This document shows, one piece after another, positions 39,481 through 53,540 of a stretch of 64,000 nucleotides of DNA; position 1 is the first letter of the stretch, and every line of letters begins with the position of its first letter. The DNA comes from the human T2T-CHM13v2.0 reference genome, Homo sapiens. The DNA is taken from assembly GCF_009914755.1 (NCBI RefSeq), contig NC_060936.1, one strand, 5' to 3'. The notes under the pieces are model-generated. The model was not told the origin of the DNA and did not search any database. It worked only from the letters and a program-made list of their open reading frames with translations. A program made the translations under genes and the position numbers.

Positions 39481-40833
39481 TATTTTATATGGAACAGTAA
39501 CAACAAAGTTATTTAGGATGTGTATGGACAAAAAGAGAGGGCATACAAAATAAATTTTAAGTGACCTTTCTTTTTTCATTCATCTATTAAATATTTAATA
39601 ATTATCTACTAAATGCCTGGCACTTTCCTGCACCAAACAAGATAGACATTTTTCTTGTTTTTATTGTTGTTATTGATGGTGGTGTTTCTTCATTATTCCT
39701 GACTGGCTGCCTAAAGGTATCTTTGCTTCCTCTGAGGCATAAAATGCACAGACTTTCTGAAAGCTGCTTTGTACTTTTAAATGCAAATTACTGTCTCGAT
39801 GAGCCGAATGAGGCCTTGGAACAGATGAAACAACGAAAAGGAAGAAAATGAACTTACCTTTCTTTCTTATTTTTGGTTAGTCCACTTATGACCTATTGTC
39901 TCTTTCCTAGACGTTAGACTCCAGTGGATCCAACGTCTTTCTTTCATCAGAAATGCCTCCTCAAGATGGTGCCCAACATGGGTGGTTATGGAAAAATGGT
40001 CATCAGAAGTGAAGAGATGGCCTCCTATTTGAATTTTTCTTTCTTGGGGCTGTCACTTCACACTCTTAGTTAGCACGGTGACCCCAGCCAGCTTGTCCTG
40101 TTGAGAAAGCGCAGGCCCTGCACTTTGATAATGATTTTCCAGGAGCAAATGTATCATCAGTCTGGGTGTTAGTTCGGATTCGACTGTGGCAGAGGATGGC
40201 AGGGAAAAGTGGCAGTGAGAACACTTCTCCAAGTGCGAATGGAGGAGGAGGGTGAATACCATGCTCAGGCAGGATTTTCAAGTTTTCTGCGATGGTTTTA
40301 TAGTTTTGACTTATTCACTTTAGCTGCAAAGGTTTACATTTTAATTAAACTGAGTAATCAACAGCTCACCTGCTATAAACTGAAGTTTAAACCTGATGAA
40401 TTGGGACTGTTAAAGGTTTTTTATTTTAAAAGGATCATGATACACAGGGAATTGGAGGGAAGAACATAACGAAAAAGAATAATCGTGAATGAAAATTGCT
40501 GAAGACGAGTGGCCCTTGTCGTGCGTGGGGCTAGTTATTGAACTTAACTGGAACCTGTAATGCTTATTCTGTATTGAGGTATGTCAGAAATCTCTGTATA
40601 GTTGCTCCTTTCTTCCTTCTTCTGGAAGTGCCAGGAGAATCCTGCCAGTCAGAACCAGAAATTAATATCATATATGTATTATAAGAGAAGAGAAACAAAG
40701 GCTGGGGGGGAGATGAAGACAATGAAGACATTTGGTCTCAGAATAATACGTCTTTGATGGAGTTAAGAGTATCTGACTCGAGACTCCTAGCACAAAACGG
40801 AAGCACATACAATAGCTGAATGCGGAAGAGGGC

Positions 40834-40857
40834 GGGGGGGAAGAGAGAGAGAGGAGG

Positions 40858-40903
<46 letters not shown>

Positions 40904-40906
40904 GGG

Positions 40907-40937
<31 letters not shown>

Positions 40938-41178
40938 AGGGGAGAGGGGAGAGGGGAGAGGGGAGAGGGGAGAGGGGAGAGGGGAGAGGGGAGAGGGGAG
41001 AGGGGAGAGGGGAGAGGGGAGAGGGGAGAGGGGAGAGGGGAGAGGGGAGAGGGGAGAGGGGAGAGGGGAGAGGGGAGAGGGGAGAGGGGAGAGGGGAGAG
41101 GGGAGAGGGGAGAGGGGAGAGGGGAGAGGGGAGAGGGGAGAGGGGAGAGGGGAGAGGGGAGAGGGGAGAGGGGAGAGA
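40834..41178. repeat. Polypurine tract: (GA)n followed by (GGGGAGA)34
   Basis: No pyrimidine on the + strand for 345 nt. The heptamer stays in phase from 40939 to 41176. Confidence 0.97.
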
Positions 41179-41379
41179 CTAGGTGGACCAGATTTAGATG
41201 CCCAGGTTCTTGGGTTAGGTTGTAAAGACCCCAGACATGTGTATGGATTTTGATACACTGAAATAGATATATATTATATATATTTCTGGCTTACAGGAGG
41301 GGATATCCATAGGCTGCAACTGAATTTATAACCAAAGCTAAAATTTCTTTAAGGTTGACATGCCAACATATGTATTCCT

Positions 41380-42380
<1,001 letters not shown>

Positions 42381-42481
42381 TAAAGAAGTATCTGGGATTG
42401 AGCCATCTCACGTCCATCCAACCACACTCACACAAATGGGATGGGTCCACAGCCTTCGGACATGATTGCCTAACTCTGGCA

Positions 42482-42590
42482 ATAGAGAGATGAAGAAGAT
42501 AGAGAGATGAAGAAGATAGAGAGATGAATAAGAAACACATACAGGTAATTGCCAGACAGAGAGATGGAGAAGAAACACATACAGGTAATT
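42482..42590. repeat. Short compound tandem duplication (17-bp units, then a 40-bp period)
   Basis: atagagagatgaagaag about 2.7 times; agagagatg...agaaacacatacaggtaatt twice. Confidence 0.85.
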
Positions 42591-44126
42591 AGCTTAAAAG
42601 CACATTCTGTGTTTGTGAGGCGGAAAGAGTGGAAACTGGGGCAAGTCCATTACAGAAAAATAGGTAAACATTCACATGAACCCCACGATGCACCAAAGAG
42701 AGACTGCTTCTCCCCAACATCAGAACCAATTAAAAATGGCAGCTGGGGTGTCCCCAGTCTAAACTCTGCAGAGTTTCCCCGAGTGGAAACTTGTGAAATG
42801 GCATTGTTTGCCTGAAGTCTTTATTCCATAAAATATGTTATAAACATTAAACAGAAAAATAAAATTAAAGTTGTGAGAAAGATTAAAGCCATCTTGTACT
42901 AATGAGAGACATCTGTTTGTTCCTGTTTTGTAAATGTGCATTTACCCAATAGACAGGAGTTTTTTTTTAAAAAAAAGTTGGAAATAAAAGTTAAAAAAAG
43001 TAAAACAAGCTAGAGATGGTTGCTGGTCCTCTGGGGAAATTGACAGAATCAAGGCCACATTTGGAAAAGTTGTGTTTAGAGAAAGGCTCTGCAGCATGAT
43101 TTCACAGTTTCTGATAAACATATTTGAATTTTAATCTTGCAAATGCTTAGTATCATATGCATCCATACTGTTCCTCATTTGTCTGTTTGGCAGGTGTTAA
43201 CTGAGCATCTTCTACAAGCTGGCACCTGCTAGTGCCGAGAACACATTGGCAACTAAATCAAATATGGTCACTGTCCTTAGGGAGACTGTGCTAGAGGTGA
43301 GACAGGTGTGAATCAATAACATTTAGTGGTTAATGCTCACCTATCTTTTGTGATGCAACCAGCAGTCTTCTAAGGGCTGTGCAAATATATTAGGTTTTCA
43401 AATTCTTCTGATAATTCTAAGACAGAGTAAGTCTTATTTTTGTGCCGTCCATTTCTGTTGCTTTCTGCAGCCGGTGTTGACGTGGACTTAGGATTGCTAT
43501 GAGCGTTTTCATTAGTGGCTCATTCTTCCTCATGGCTCATTGCTCTTCCCAGCTCTGCCTTTTCTCTGGGAAGCTGGTGTCTGGGTTGGCCCTTCATCCT
43601 CACTCCTTGTCTTTAGTCCAGGACAGGAGGCAGGGGAGAGAGTGTCTCTGGCTGGAGCAGGAAGATGAAATCACAGGTGAATTGACTGTGGACCTGCCTC
43701 CTCCCCAGATATAAAGCCTCCCAGGCCTCGCCCTTTCCTCACAAGGCCGCCTCCCTGCAACCATTTCTTTGCCTGCTTCTAGAGGTTACGGCCCCTCTTG
43801 CCAAGCCTAAGTGAAGTCACGGATTAAATATCCAGAACCCAGGTGAGATCCCTTCTTTTGTTTCCAAACAGCTTACAGGTGGGCTCAGATTTGGACGCTA
43901 ACTGCTTAGAGAAGTTCACCAGGAAACCCTCTCTGCCTGGCACATGATCTCCATTTAAACCTTTTTCAGTTCAAGCAATCAGAAGAAACTTACTGGAGAG
44001 AATGAGTTTTTGCAATGACTGAATTGTAGGAAATGTAAAAAAGAAATGCATACTTGGGGCTTTCAGATGTCCACCTTAAACTACAGACACGTCGATATAG
44101 CTGGGTGTTTTCAAAGGTGTGCAAGG

Positions 44127-44687
<561 letters not shown>

Positions 44688-44807
44688 TCAGGAGTGAGCA
44701 TGAACTCTGAGCAATCTTGGGGGCTTTCTCATATCTTTGCTGTCGGCACCACACACTTGCCCTGGCCGACTCTCCATCCTTACCAAAGCCCCCCGGGAAA
44801 TAATGCT

Positions 44808-45253
44808 TGTGGTAGGCAGAACAAGGGTCGAAAAGATGTCCACATCCTAATCCCTGGACCCGTGAATATGTGACCTTACATGGCAAAAGGGACTTTGCAG
44901 ATGGGATTAAGTTAAGAGCTTGAGATAGGTAGATTATCTTGGACGACCCAGGTGTGCACAATGTAATCACAGGGGTTTTTATAGAAAGGGAGGAAGGATG
45001 GTGGGAGTCAGAGAAGGCGACGTGGTGATGGAAGCAAAGGTCAGAGGCAGGGGTGGTCACAGGCCCAGGGAGGCGGGTGGCCTCTAGAAGCAGGAAAAGG
45101 CAAGGAAACGATTTTTTCTCTTGAATGTCCAAAGGAACACAGCCTGCAGACCCACTCCAGACTTCTGACCTCTGTAACTGTAAGATAATAAATGTGTTGC
45201 TTTAAGCACTTGGCTTATGGCAATTGTCATAGCAGTGACAGGAAACGAATAGA
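44808..45253 (+). mobile_element. MLT1D-like solo LTR
   Basis: 'tgtggtaggcagaa...gatgtccacatcctaatccctgga...ttacatggcaaaagggactttgcagatg'. Confidence 0.88.
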
Positions 45254-46452
45254 CTGCCCATTGATCAGTGGGGACAAAGGGCTGCGTCTTCCAGGGCATC
45301 TTCTGCCTTCAAGGTGGCAATGTGGGCCCTGGATGCTTAGATTCTGGCTTTTCTCCATTGCTCAGCAGTGAGGACCTGCCTGGACCTCCCTGCTGTGAGT
45401 GAACCCCAACACTCTTGTGCTGTGCTGCCCCCAGGACTTCGGAGTAGCCAAGGAAGGGCAGTTTCTCAACAGTTGTCTGAGACTGTCAGGTGTGTGGGCT
45501 GTGGGGTTTGCCTTTCTGCATGTGAGAGGCCCTTTTGCTCTGGGCTGGGCAGAGAAGGGAAAAGTGGGGGCAGAGGACAGAAAAGGGAAAAGGGAAAGAG
45601 CCTGGGAACCACAGGCTGGTCTTCCCCATATTTTTTGGTGTAAAACTCGGTGAAGTTTGAGAAGTTTAATCCAAACTTGGCTTTTAAAAAAGTGGTTATA
45701 AAGGTTAAAATTAAAGTAGAGGGACAGAACGTGCTTTAAGGATTGTTTACTGGATTTTAACTTTGAGCTTTTAGGTGTAGGGTACATGGTGCTTCATTTC
45801 CCTTATTCGCTAGACTCTGTAGATATTAGAGGTCAGCCTGCAGGAGAGACATTGCCTTTGCAAACATTTAATTCAGGCTTGGAGGAAATGGATCTAGGTC
45901 TACACACGTGAGAGTGGAATACTGGAACAGTTCTCTAGCAGTTCCAGCAGGGGAGTGTGTGGATCCCGAGGTGTATGACTCAGTGTACCCAGTGGCCCCA
46001 TGGCACCCCCTGAGGCCACCCAGAAGGAGGTGGGGATATAACTCCAGGGCTGAGTAGGGTCCTTCCTCTGGCACCTGCCCTTCTTGCTAGTGAGAGACAC
46101 AGCTCATTACCTGAATAGGGTCCTGAGCATGGCAGGAACAATCCCTGGGGCTGTTTATGTGGAAACTGGAGTTTTAAGAGAAAAAAACTGGGTGGGATGG
46201 GGTGAGATGAGGCATTGATGAATATTAAATGGTAGAACCCTACCAGGCAGCTTCTAGCCACTTTAGATTTACAGATCTTGGCCTTGAGGTTTTTGTTTTT
46301 TTGTTGTTTATTTTTTCTACGTGCAATTTGATGATTTGTTTTCATTTGGTGCAATTCAATTCAATTCAATTGGAAACAATAATGAGAGTCTACCTACACT
46401 TCACCTTGTTTTGTGCTGGGTGCTGGGAACACAGTGGGTGGTAAGATCCTCT

Positions 46453-46933
46453 TGTGGGTTCAGTTGCATTCCCACAAGATGATATGTTAAATCCCAACCC
46501 TGGGCACCTACCAGTGAGACCTTATTTGGAAATAGGGTCCTTGCAGATGTAATTGAATTAAGATAAGGTCATACTGGATTAGAGTAGGCTAATGACTAGT
46601 CTGGGTTAGTCACTGAGCTAAATCCAATGACTAGTGTGCTTATACGAAATCCATGTGAAGACTCTGAAAGAGAGAGGAGAGAGCCTTGTGAAGACGGATG
46701 CAGAGACTGGAGTGAGGTGTCCTCAAGCCAAGCAATACCTAAGATTGTGGCAACCAAAGGAAGCTAGGGGAGAGACAGAGAAGGACTCTTACCTAGAAAA
46801 TCCAGAGGGAGAATGGCCCTGCCAACACCTTGATTTCTGACTTGTGACCTCCAGAACTGAGAGACAATGGATTTCTGTTGCAAGATACCCAGTTTGTGGA
46901 TATTTATTAGGACAACCCAAGGAAACTAACATA
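46453..46933 (+). mobile_element. MLT1B/C solo LTR
   Basis: 'ccttatttggaaatagggtccttgcagatgtaatt...ggccctgccaacaccttgattt...ggaaactaaca'. Confidence 0.88.
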
Positions 46934-47839
46934 AGCTTCCTCTCTGCCCTTAAGTTGCCCAAAGTCCAGGAGGAGAAGTGGCCACATAGGTAGGGAAGTA
47001 CCTTGTCTTGAAAAGCCCACAGATTGGGAGTTGTCAATGGCTTTCCAGCTTTGGTATTTCCTCGGGAACACATTTAGGGAAGAGGAAAGCCGCCACATGT
47101 GAGTGAGCATTGATGTGAATTGAGCCTGATGTGAATTGAGCATTCCTCAATTCACAGCAGGCTGTCAAGTGCTGGGGCCACTGCTGTGGGCTTCTCCTTG
47201 GACATTGGCATAGTTTATAATTAATTACAGCCCCTTTACCCAAAGAATCCACTTTAGAAATAAAATAAAATAAGCTGTTTATATTGCATTCTCTGTTTAC
47301 TGTGAATTTTTCTTTCTTCCCTTCTCTCTGTTTCTAGCCTTCTGAGAACTCGGTGTGGATCTTTGTGTGCAAAATTCTAATTACTGTTCCCAAGACTGGC
47401 ACATCTCTTTTTCCTCTTGTATCTCCTCAAAAGTTTCATTTCTGGGTTATTGTCTATTATTTCAGCACATAAAATAAAAAGAATGCTCTTGGCATGCGCT
47501 GTGCATTAATTATCATTTGGGAGCTTGCCAGAGCTGCTTGAAGGGGCATTTAGAGAGTTGGTTGTCTTTTAAGTTCAAAGGTGCAAACATACAGAAGAGA
47601 AGAATGAAGAAAGCACTGCCTGGGTCTTAGGGCAGCCGACTCTATGGAATGGCTTTTTAAACAGGTTGCTTTCTGTTTGGGGTTAAGGATAAATCAGGAT
47701 GTACTTTGCCTGGGAATTATGATTTTGACTAATTGCAGAAATAGTCCTGAGCAGAGAGTGGCTCTCTGAAGACTCAGCTGTGGATCCTTTGGGAGAATTA
47801 GTTCATGGGTTAAAATGAAACCAAGCTACTTCTTTTGAA

Positions 47840-47950
47840 AAGTGATGATGGTAAGTCTCTGACTGCCTGTGTGAGGGCTTGGAAATGATTTTTCCTCTCT
47901 GGACCTCCAATTTCTCTTCCTGCAAAATGAGATGGTTGTGCAAGGTTCAT
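47840..47950 (+). mobile_element. MIR fragment
   Basis: 'cctctctggacctccaatttctcttcctgcaaaatgagat'. Confidence 0.5.
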
Positions 47951-48359
47951 GATTCTGTTTTTCACGGAACATCCTTAAGAGAAGTGCTTCTGGGAAAACA
48001 AAAGCTGTTTCAGAGTCAAATAATACTGAGGAACCTTGAAAACTGTATCTTATTTTTAAGTGATTCACAAGGTACCACAGAATATAAAAGATTGAGATGT
48101 CCAGCAATAAAAAAGCCTGTTAAATTTTGCCACACTCTTTCGTTTATTCATCCATTTCTTCTCAATTATTCAATAGGACTATAACTTAAAAGGATCATAA
48201 AATAATGTATGAAATGTACTTATTTAAGTGACATTCATATCTCTATGTATTTTTCAAGGTATCTTCTGTGTCTCTACATTTCATTCCATTTTCCCCAGTC
48301 CTATTTTATTTTGCCATTTTATCCTGTTTATCCTATTTTGTTTTATTTTGCCCACTTTT

Positions 48360-49485
48360 ACTGGAGTTGTCACTCTTAACACCTCTTGCATGAACTGTGC
48401 CTTCTAACTGGACTTCCCGCGTCCCCTCTTGCACCCTCAAATCCATTCTCTACATTACAACCAGCGGGATCATTTAAAATGGGAATCTCCTTCTATTTCC
48501 TTTTTCTATAAAATCCTCCTCTTTCCCACAGGCTTTAACCCTTTCCCCGTTTCCAATAAAGCCAGGCTTCTTCTGGACTCCTTCTGATTTTCCATCTTGG
48601 TCACACTAGGGTTCTCCATGCTCCTCCATGGCCCATTCCTGCTGGCCTTTCCCTTAGTTCACAATTTCCCCTCTGCTAGGATCAGTCTTTACCTGTCGTT
48701 ACCTGGTTAGCCAGTCACCTTCCAGGTTATCAGTTCAAACATCACACTCCTAGGGAAGCCGTCTTTGATTCTGCAAGAGCAGGTCAAATCACATGATTTT
48801 ATATTCTGTTGGATTTTGTCTGTAGCTCTTACCCCATCACGCTCTTTCCACACTAGCACGACCATGTAGATTGGCCCTGTAGCTCTCCGCTGGTGGTCAT
48901 TTGACATACGTTTGTTTGAAGACTTGATTGTTTTCCCACTGGAACTGAGACCTCACGGGGCTGGGGCAGGTCTGGTTTTGCCCGCCTGATATGGCTTAGA
49001 TCTGTGTCCCCTCCAAGTCTCATATTAAAATGTGATCCCCAGTGTTGGAGGTGGGGCCTAGTGGGAGGTATTTGGGTCATGGGCGCAGATCCCTCATGAA
49101 TGGCTTAGCACTGTCCTTTTACTGATGAGTGAATTCTTGCTCAGTGAGTTCACACAGGATCTGGTTGTTTTAAAAGAGGGTGGCACTTCCCCAACCTTGC
49201 TCCTTGTCTCGCCATGTCATGCACTGGCCACCAGTTCACCTTCTGCCATGATTGTAAGCTTCCTGAGGACCTCACCAGAAGCAGATGCTAGCACCATGCT
49301 GCTTCTGCAGCCTGCAGAACTGTGTGCCAATTAAATCTCTTTTCTTTATAAATTACCCAGCCTTAGGTATTCCTTTATGGCAACAAAGACAGACTAACAC
49401 ATCACCCTTATGTTCCCAGCTGTTACCTTGGGAGCAGATACTGTGGGCATGGAATTGCGTTTGTTAAATGGATGAATGAATGAAT
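48360..49485 (+). mobile_element. L2 3' region split by MSTB
   Basis: 'caaatccattctctac', 'cagttcaaacatcacactcctagggaagcc', and tail 'tgttaaatggatgaatgaatgaat'. Confidence 0.65.
48987..49401 (+). mobile_element. MSTB-like solo LTR
   Basis: 'tgatatggcttagatctgtgtcccc...gatccctcatgaatggct...ctcaccagaagcagatgc...gactaacaca'. Confidence 0.9.
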
Positions 49486-50228
49486 ATCCCAGGCCCTATA
49501 CTACATACTCGAGATAGAGGGATGGATAAGTTATGATCAGTGCCCTCAAGAAAATTAATAAGTAATTAAAATAAAGTGTGTATTGGCAGGTATGTGTGAA
49601 AAATATGAGTATATAAAATAGAAATGGTGAGATTTCATGAGAATGAGGAAATAACGAGGAAAATCTTCCCAGTGGATGTTTCATCTGAGCTCAGCAGAAA
49701 GAAATAAGCAGGAGTTACTGTCAGCATATTTGTTTGTCTCCATGGGCAGTATTTCTTCCTGATTCTTCTGGTAACCCCTCAATGTTTATTTTTAGCTCAT
49801 GTAGTTATGATAGGGCAGACCTAGGATACCAGATAAGTGATCAACCAAGCCCAGAAGCTTTTATGAGTAAGATGAACACCAGATTTTTTGCAGGAATAAA
49901 GGACTGTGCAGGCAAAGCAGAATGTGCTGTGCTCTAGGGAGGGCCAAGGGACCAAGATCTGAGTGATCAGAGCCCTCCCTTACTGAGGCTACAGGGAATT
50001 CATGGCTAAGCATGTCACTCTGTTTTTGGCCAATAAAAATAATTTAAAAGGATTTCAAAAGATGCAGGGGTGTGTGTGTGTGTGTGTATGTGTGTGTGTG
50101 TGTTGGGGAGTGTGCTTGAAGTTGGTAGGATGTTAACCAACATAACAAGGAAGGAGAGCAAAAGAGAGTCTGATTATTCCTGGATCCAGCCACATCTGAA
50201 GTTAGTCAACTGTCAAAGACAAAAACAA

Positions 50229-50530
50229 GGCTGGCTCATGCCTGTAATCTCAGCACTTTGGGAGGGCATGTTTGGAGGATTGCTTGCTTGAGGCCAGGAG
50301 CTGGAGACCAACCTTGGCAACATGGTGAAATTTCTGTCTCTTGCAAAAAAAAAAAAAAAAAAAAAAAAAAGCTGTGCATGGCGTGGCACGCCTATAGTCC
50401 CAACTACTCAGGAGGCTGAGGTGGGACGATCACGTAAGCCCAGGAGTTGAAGGCTGCAGTGAGCTATGATCACTTCACTGCACTACAGCCTGGATGACAG
50501 AGCAAGACTCGGTCTCAAAAAAAAAAAAAA
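50229..50530 (+). mobile_element. AluJ with expanded middle A-tract
   Basis: AluJ diagnostics. TSD aaagacaaaaac at 50215-50226 and 50531-50542. Confidence 0.92.
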
Positions 50531-50869
50531 AAAGACAAAAACCAGACAAGTTAAGAAGATTGATTTTATCCAACCAATTGCAATAGGAATAACACCGAAA
50601 ATCTAAAACTGAGAGTGTCTCCATAGAGTGGTTTTGTCTTAAACATTTACAGGGAGGGTACGCAAGTTTCAGATGGGAATATTTACAGTTGAGTAATTCT
50701 ACAAGCAGGGGAAGTCTCCATCAGCTGAACAGGAAATGTTCTGTGGTTAGCTCATTTCAGAGGGGCAAGCAGTTCTAATCTCAGCTAATCATTCATGAGA
50801 CACAGAATGAGAAATTGGTCGGGAATGAGGCAGGTTCAGATGGAGGGAAGGGTCTGTGAAGGATAGTGA

Positions 50870-51060
50870 AGTGGTGGGAGGTGCCACACACTTTTAAATG
50901 ACCAGATCTTTTGAGAACTCACTCACTATTGCAAAGTTGGCACCCAGCCATGAGGGGTCCACTCCCATGATCCAAACACCTCCCATCAAGCCCGCCTCCA
51001 GCACTGGGGATTATAATTCAACATGAGATGTGGGCAGGGACAAATATGCAAACCATATCA
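50870..51060 (-). mobile_element. MSTA LTR fragment
   Basis: 'ccacacacttttaaatgaccagatc...ccatgatccaaacacctccc...aaaccatatca'. Confidence 0.85.
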
Positions 51061-51115
51061 CTTGGGTGAGCCAATAAACTTTCTCTTTTGTTTAAGGCAG
51101 TTTGGATTGGGTTGA

Positions 51116-51477
51116 TGATATGGTTTGGCTGTGTCCCCACCCAAATCTCATCTTGAATTGTAGCTCCCGTAATTCCCAAATGTCATGGGAGGGACCCAGT
51201 GGGAGGTAATTGAATCATGGGGGTGGGTCTTTCTCATGCTGTTCTCCTAATAGTAAATAAGTCTCATGAGGCCTGAGGGTTTTATAAAGGTGAGTTCCCC
51301 TGCACATGCTCTCTTGCCTGCCACATGTAAGATATGACTTTTCTCCTCCTTTGCCTGCTGCCATGATTGTGAGGTCTCCCTAGCCACATGAACTGTGAGT
51401 CCATTAAACCTCTTTCCTTTATAAATAACCCAGTCTCGGGTATGTCTTTATTTGCAGCGTGAGAACTGATGGATACC
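51116..51477 (+). mobile_element. THE1B-like solo LTR
   Basis: 'tgatatggtttggctgtgtccccacccaaatctcatcttgaattgtagctccc...cccagtctcgggtatgtcttta'. Confidence 0.92.
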
Positions 51478-51649
51478 ATTGGATTTCTATCACAAAAACC
51501 CCCATTCTTATTGGTGCCAGAGCCTTCTGGGCAGAAAATTTGGGAATGGACTTTTATAGGATCATTCCAAGCTGAGGCAAGGGGCACAGCAGAGCGAAGG
51601 CCAGGAGGCCCCTGTGGCTGGGGCGCAGGCAGAGGGAAGGCAAGTGCAC

Positions 51650-52402
51650 TGATTTGCTGGGGCTGCCTTAAGAAATCATCACAAGCAGCCAGGCGCGGTG
51701 GCTCATGCCTGTAATCCCAGCACTTTGGGAGGCTGGGGCGGGCGGATCACAAGGTCAGGAGATCGAGACTATCCTGGCCAACATGGTGAAACCCCGTCTC
51801 TACTAAAACTACAAAAATTAGCTGGGCATCGTGGCTCATGCCTGTAATCCCAACTACTCAGGAGGCTGAGGCAGGAGAATCACTTGAACCAGGGAGTCAG
51901 AGGTTGCAGTGAACCGAGATCATGCCATTGCACTCCAGCCTGGTGACAGAACGAAACTCTGTCTCAAAAAAAAAAAAAAAACAAAACCATCACAAGCTGA
52001 ATGGCTCAAATGACATAAGTATATTGTCTCATAGTTCCAGAGCTCAGAAGTCTGAGGTCAAGGTGTGGGCGGGGCAGGCGCTTTCTGGAGGCTGTGAGGG
52101 AGAATCTGTTCCGTGTCTCTCTTGCTACTGGTGGTTTGCTGGCAATCTTTGGCATTTCTTGGCTAGTAGAAGGAACTAATCTCTTCCTTTATCTTCATGT
52201 GATGTTCTACCTGTGTGTGTGTCTACCTTCAAATTTCCCCTCTTCATCAGCACACCTGTCCTGTTGGATTAGAGGCCCACCCTTCTCCAGTATGGCTTCT
52301 TCTTAACTAATTCCACCTGCAGTGACCCTGTTTCCAAATACGGTTACGTCTGTTGTACTGGGGGTTATGACTCCAGCATATGAATGGGGATGGGTACAAT
52401 TG
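51650..52402 (-). mobile_element. MLT1B/C LTR split by an Alu
   Basis: 'agaagtctgaggtcaaggtgt...gagaatctgttcc...tggtttgctggcaatctttggc...gaccctgtttccaaata'. Confidence 0.82.
51687..51983 (+). mobile_element. AluS (Sc-like)
   Basis: Dimer with near-TSD aaatcatcacaagc / aaaccatcacaagc. Confidence 0.96.
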
Positions 52403-53203
52403 ACAGGAAGGTTAATAGGAGGCTTTGGCAGTCTTCTGAGGAGTTCATGTTTTATGCTGCAGAAAACATAGTCCCTGAATTTTCAGGTGTATCAAATTAC
52501 CTAAAACCACTCTGTATTTCCTCTAAGAAAACAGGCAGTTTGATGTCCTTACTTTGTCCTGCTCCCACCCCCAACATCTACAAAACCTTAAGACTGGTGT
52601 CCTGCGTGAACCCTTAGCATTGCTGCTTTTAGATGGAAATGTCCTCACTCTTGACGCAACTTGGCAGGTGGAAGTGACTCTAGACTGGATTTTTCTGGGC
52701 TGCTGATGAGCTGCAACGGACCTGCCATTGGCTGCCATTGCCACACACCCCTTCACTCTTCCCTCCAGACCCCTTGAAGTCCCATTTTCTTCCTGGGATT
52801 CAGATTGTGATGGGGGCAGTACAATGGCTCCCATTTGTCTGGGGAATCTTCACCATAAGGCAAGGGCAGAGCTCACCAGAGCTCCTGGAAGTGGTCATTG
52901 CAAGGGTCAAGTCCCAACCTGGTGTCCAGCAGCCAACATGGACCTCTAGGTATGTTTCAATCTTCCCAGAGTGTTGTGTTTCCTTTAAAAAATGGAAACA
53001 GATGCTCACATTAAAAATGAGCAGATTTTATATGAAAATGCAGATTCTTCATTTCTTTTTAAAAATCAGAAGCTTTGGCATCATTGGGAGTGGATTTCTG
53101 CCTGCACTGTCCTGCAGGATCTGAGGCAATGCTTCCCACTTTATCTCACACGTCACTTCACTCCTACCCTTTATACCATCAGACTGGCCCCTGTGGGCTT
53201 TTG

Positions 53204-53287
53204 TAAAAAAATTTTATTATTATTATACTTTAAGTTTTAGGGTACATGTGCACAATGTGGAGGTTTTGTTACATATGTATACATGTG
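53204..53287 (-). mobile_element. Ultra-short young L1PA 3' end (84 bp)
   Basis: 'ttattatactttaagttttagggtacatgtgcacaa'. 15-bp TSD ccctgtgggcttttg at 53189-53203 and 53288-53302. Confidence 0.93.
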
Positions 53288-53329
53288 CCCTGTGGGCTTT
53301 TGAGTTTGAGACCTGGGTTACCTGTTTAA

Positions 53330-53540
53330 GGGAGAGAGCCTTGGATTCAGACAGAATTGGTAGAGTCCTAACTCTGATACTTAATACCTATGGATGCTAG
53401 GGCAAGCTGTTTGATCTCTTTGAGCCTCAGTTTTCTCATCTATAAAGGGGGAGGACAAGGATGATACCAACCCATTGGGCGGTAGTGGAGAATACATCAG
53501 GCAAATTCTGCAACTGGCTCAGCAGGGGCCTGGGTCACTA
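53330..53540 (+). mobile_element. MIR
   Basis: 'gggcaagctgtttgatctctttgagcctcagttttctcatctataaagggg'. Confidence 0.8.

Noticed and set aside
39852-40372. Strong minus-strand splice donors (AAG|GTAAGT at 39858, CAG|GTGAGC at 40370)
   Set aside because: I found no convincing paired acceptor at exon distance, and such motifs are expected by chance in 64 kb.
40668-41258. SPLPSPL / GEGRGER ORFs, or an SVA hexamer head
   Set aside because: These are heptamer repeat artefacts. No SVA Alu-like, VNTR or SINE-R domain is adjacent.
47111-47156. lac operator-like sequence or vector contamination
   Set aside because: The resemblance to AATTGTGAGC is superficial and there is no other vector sequence.
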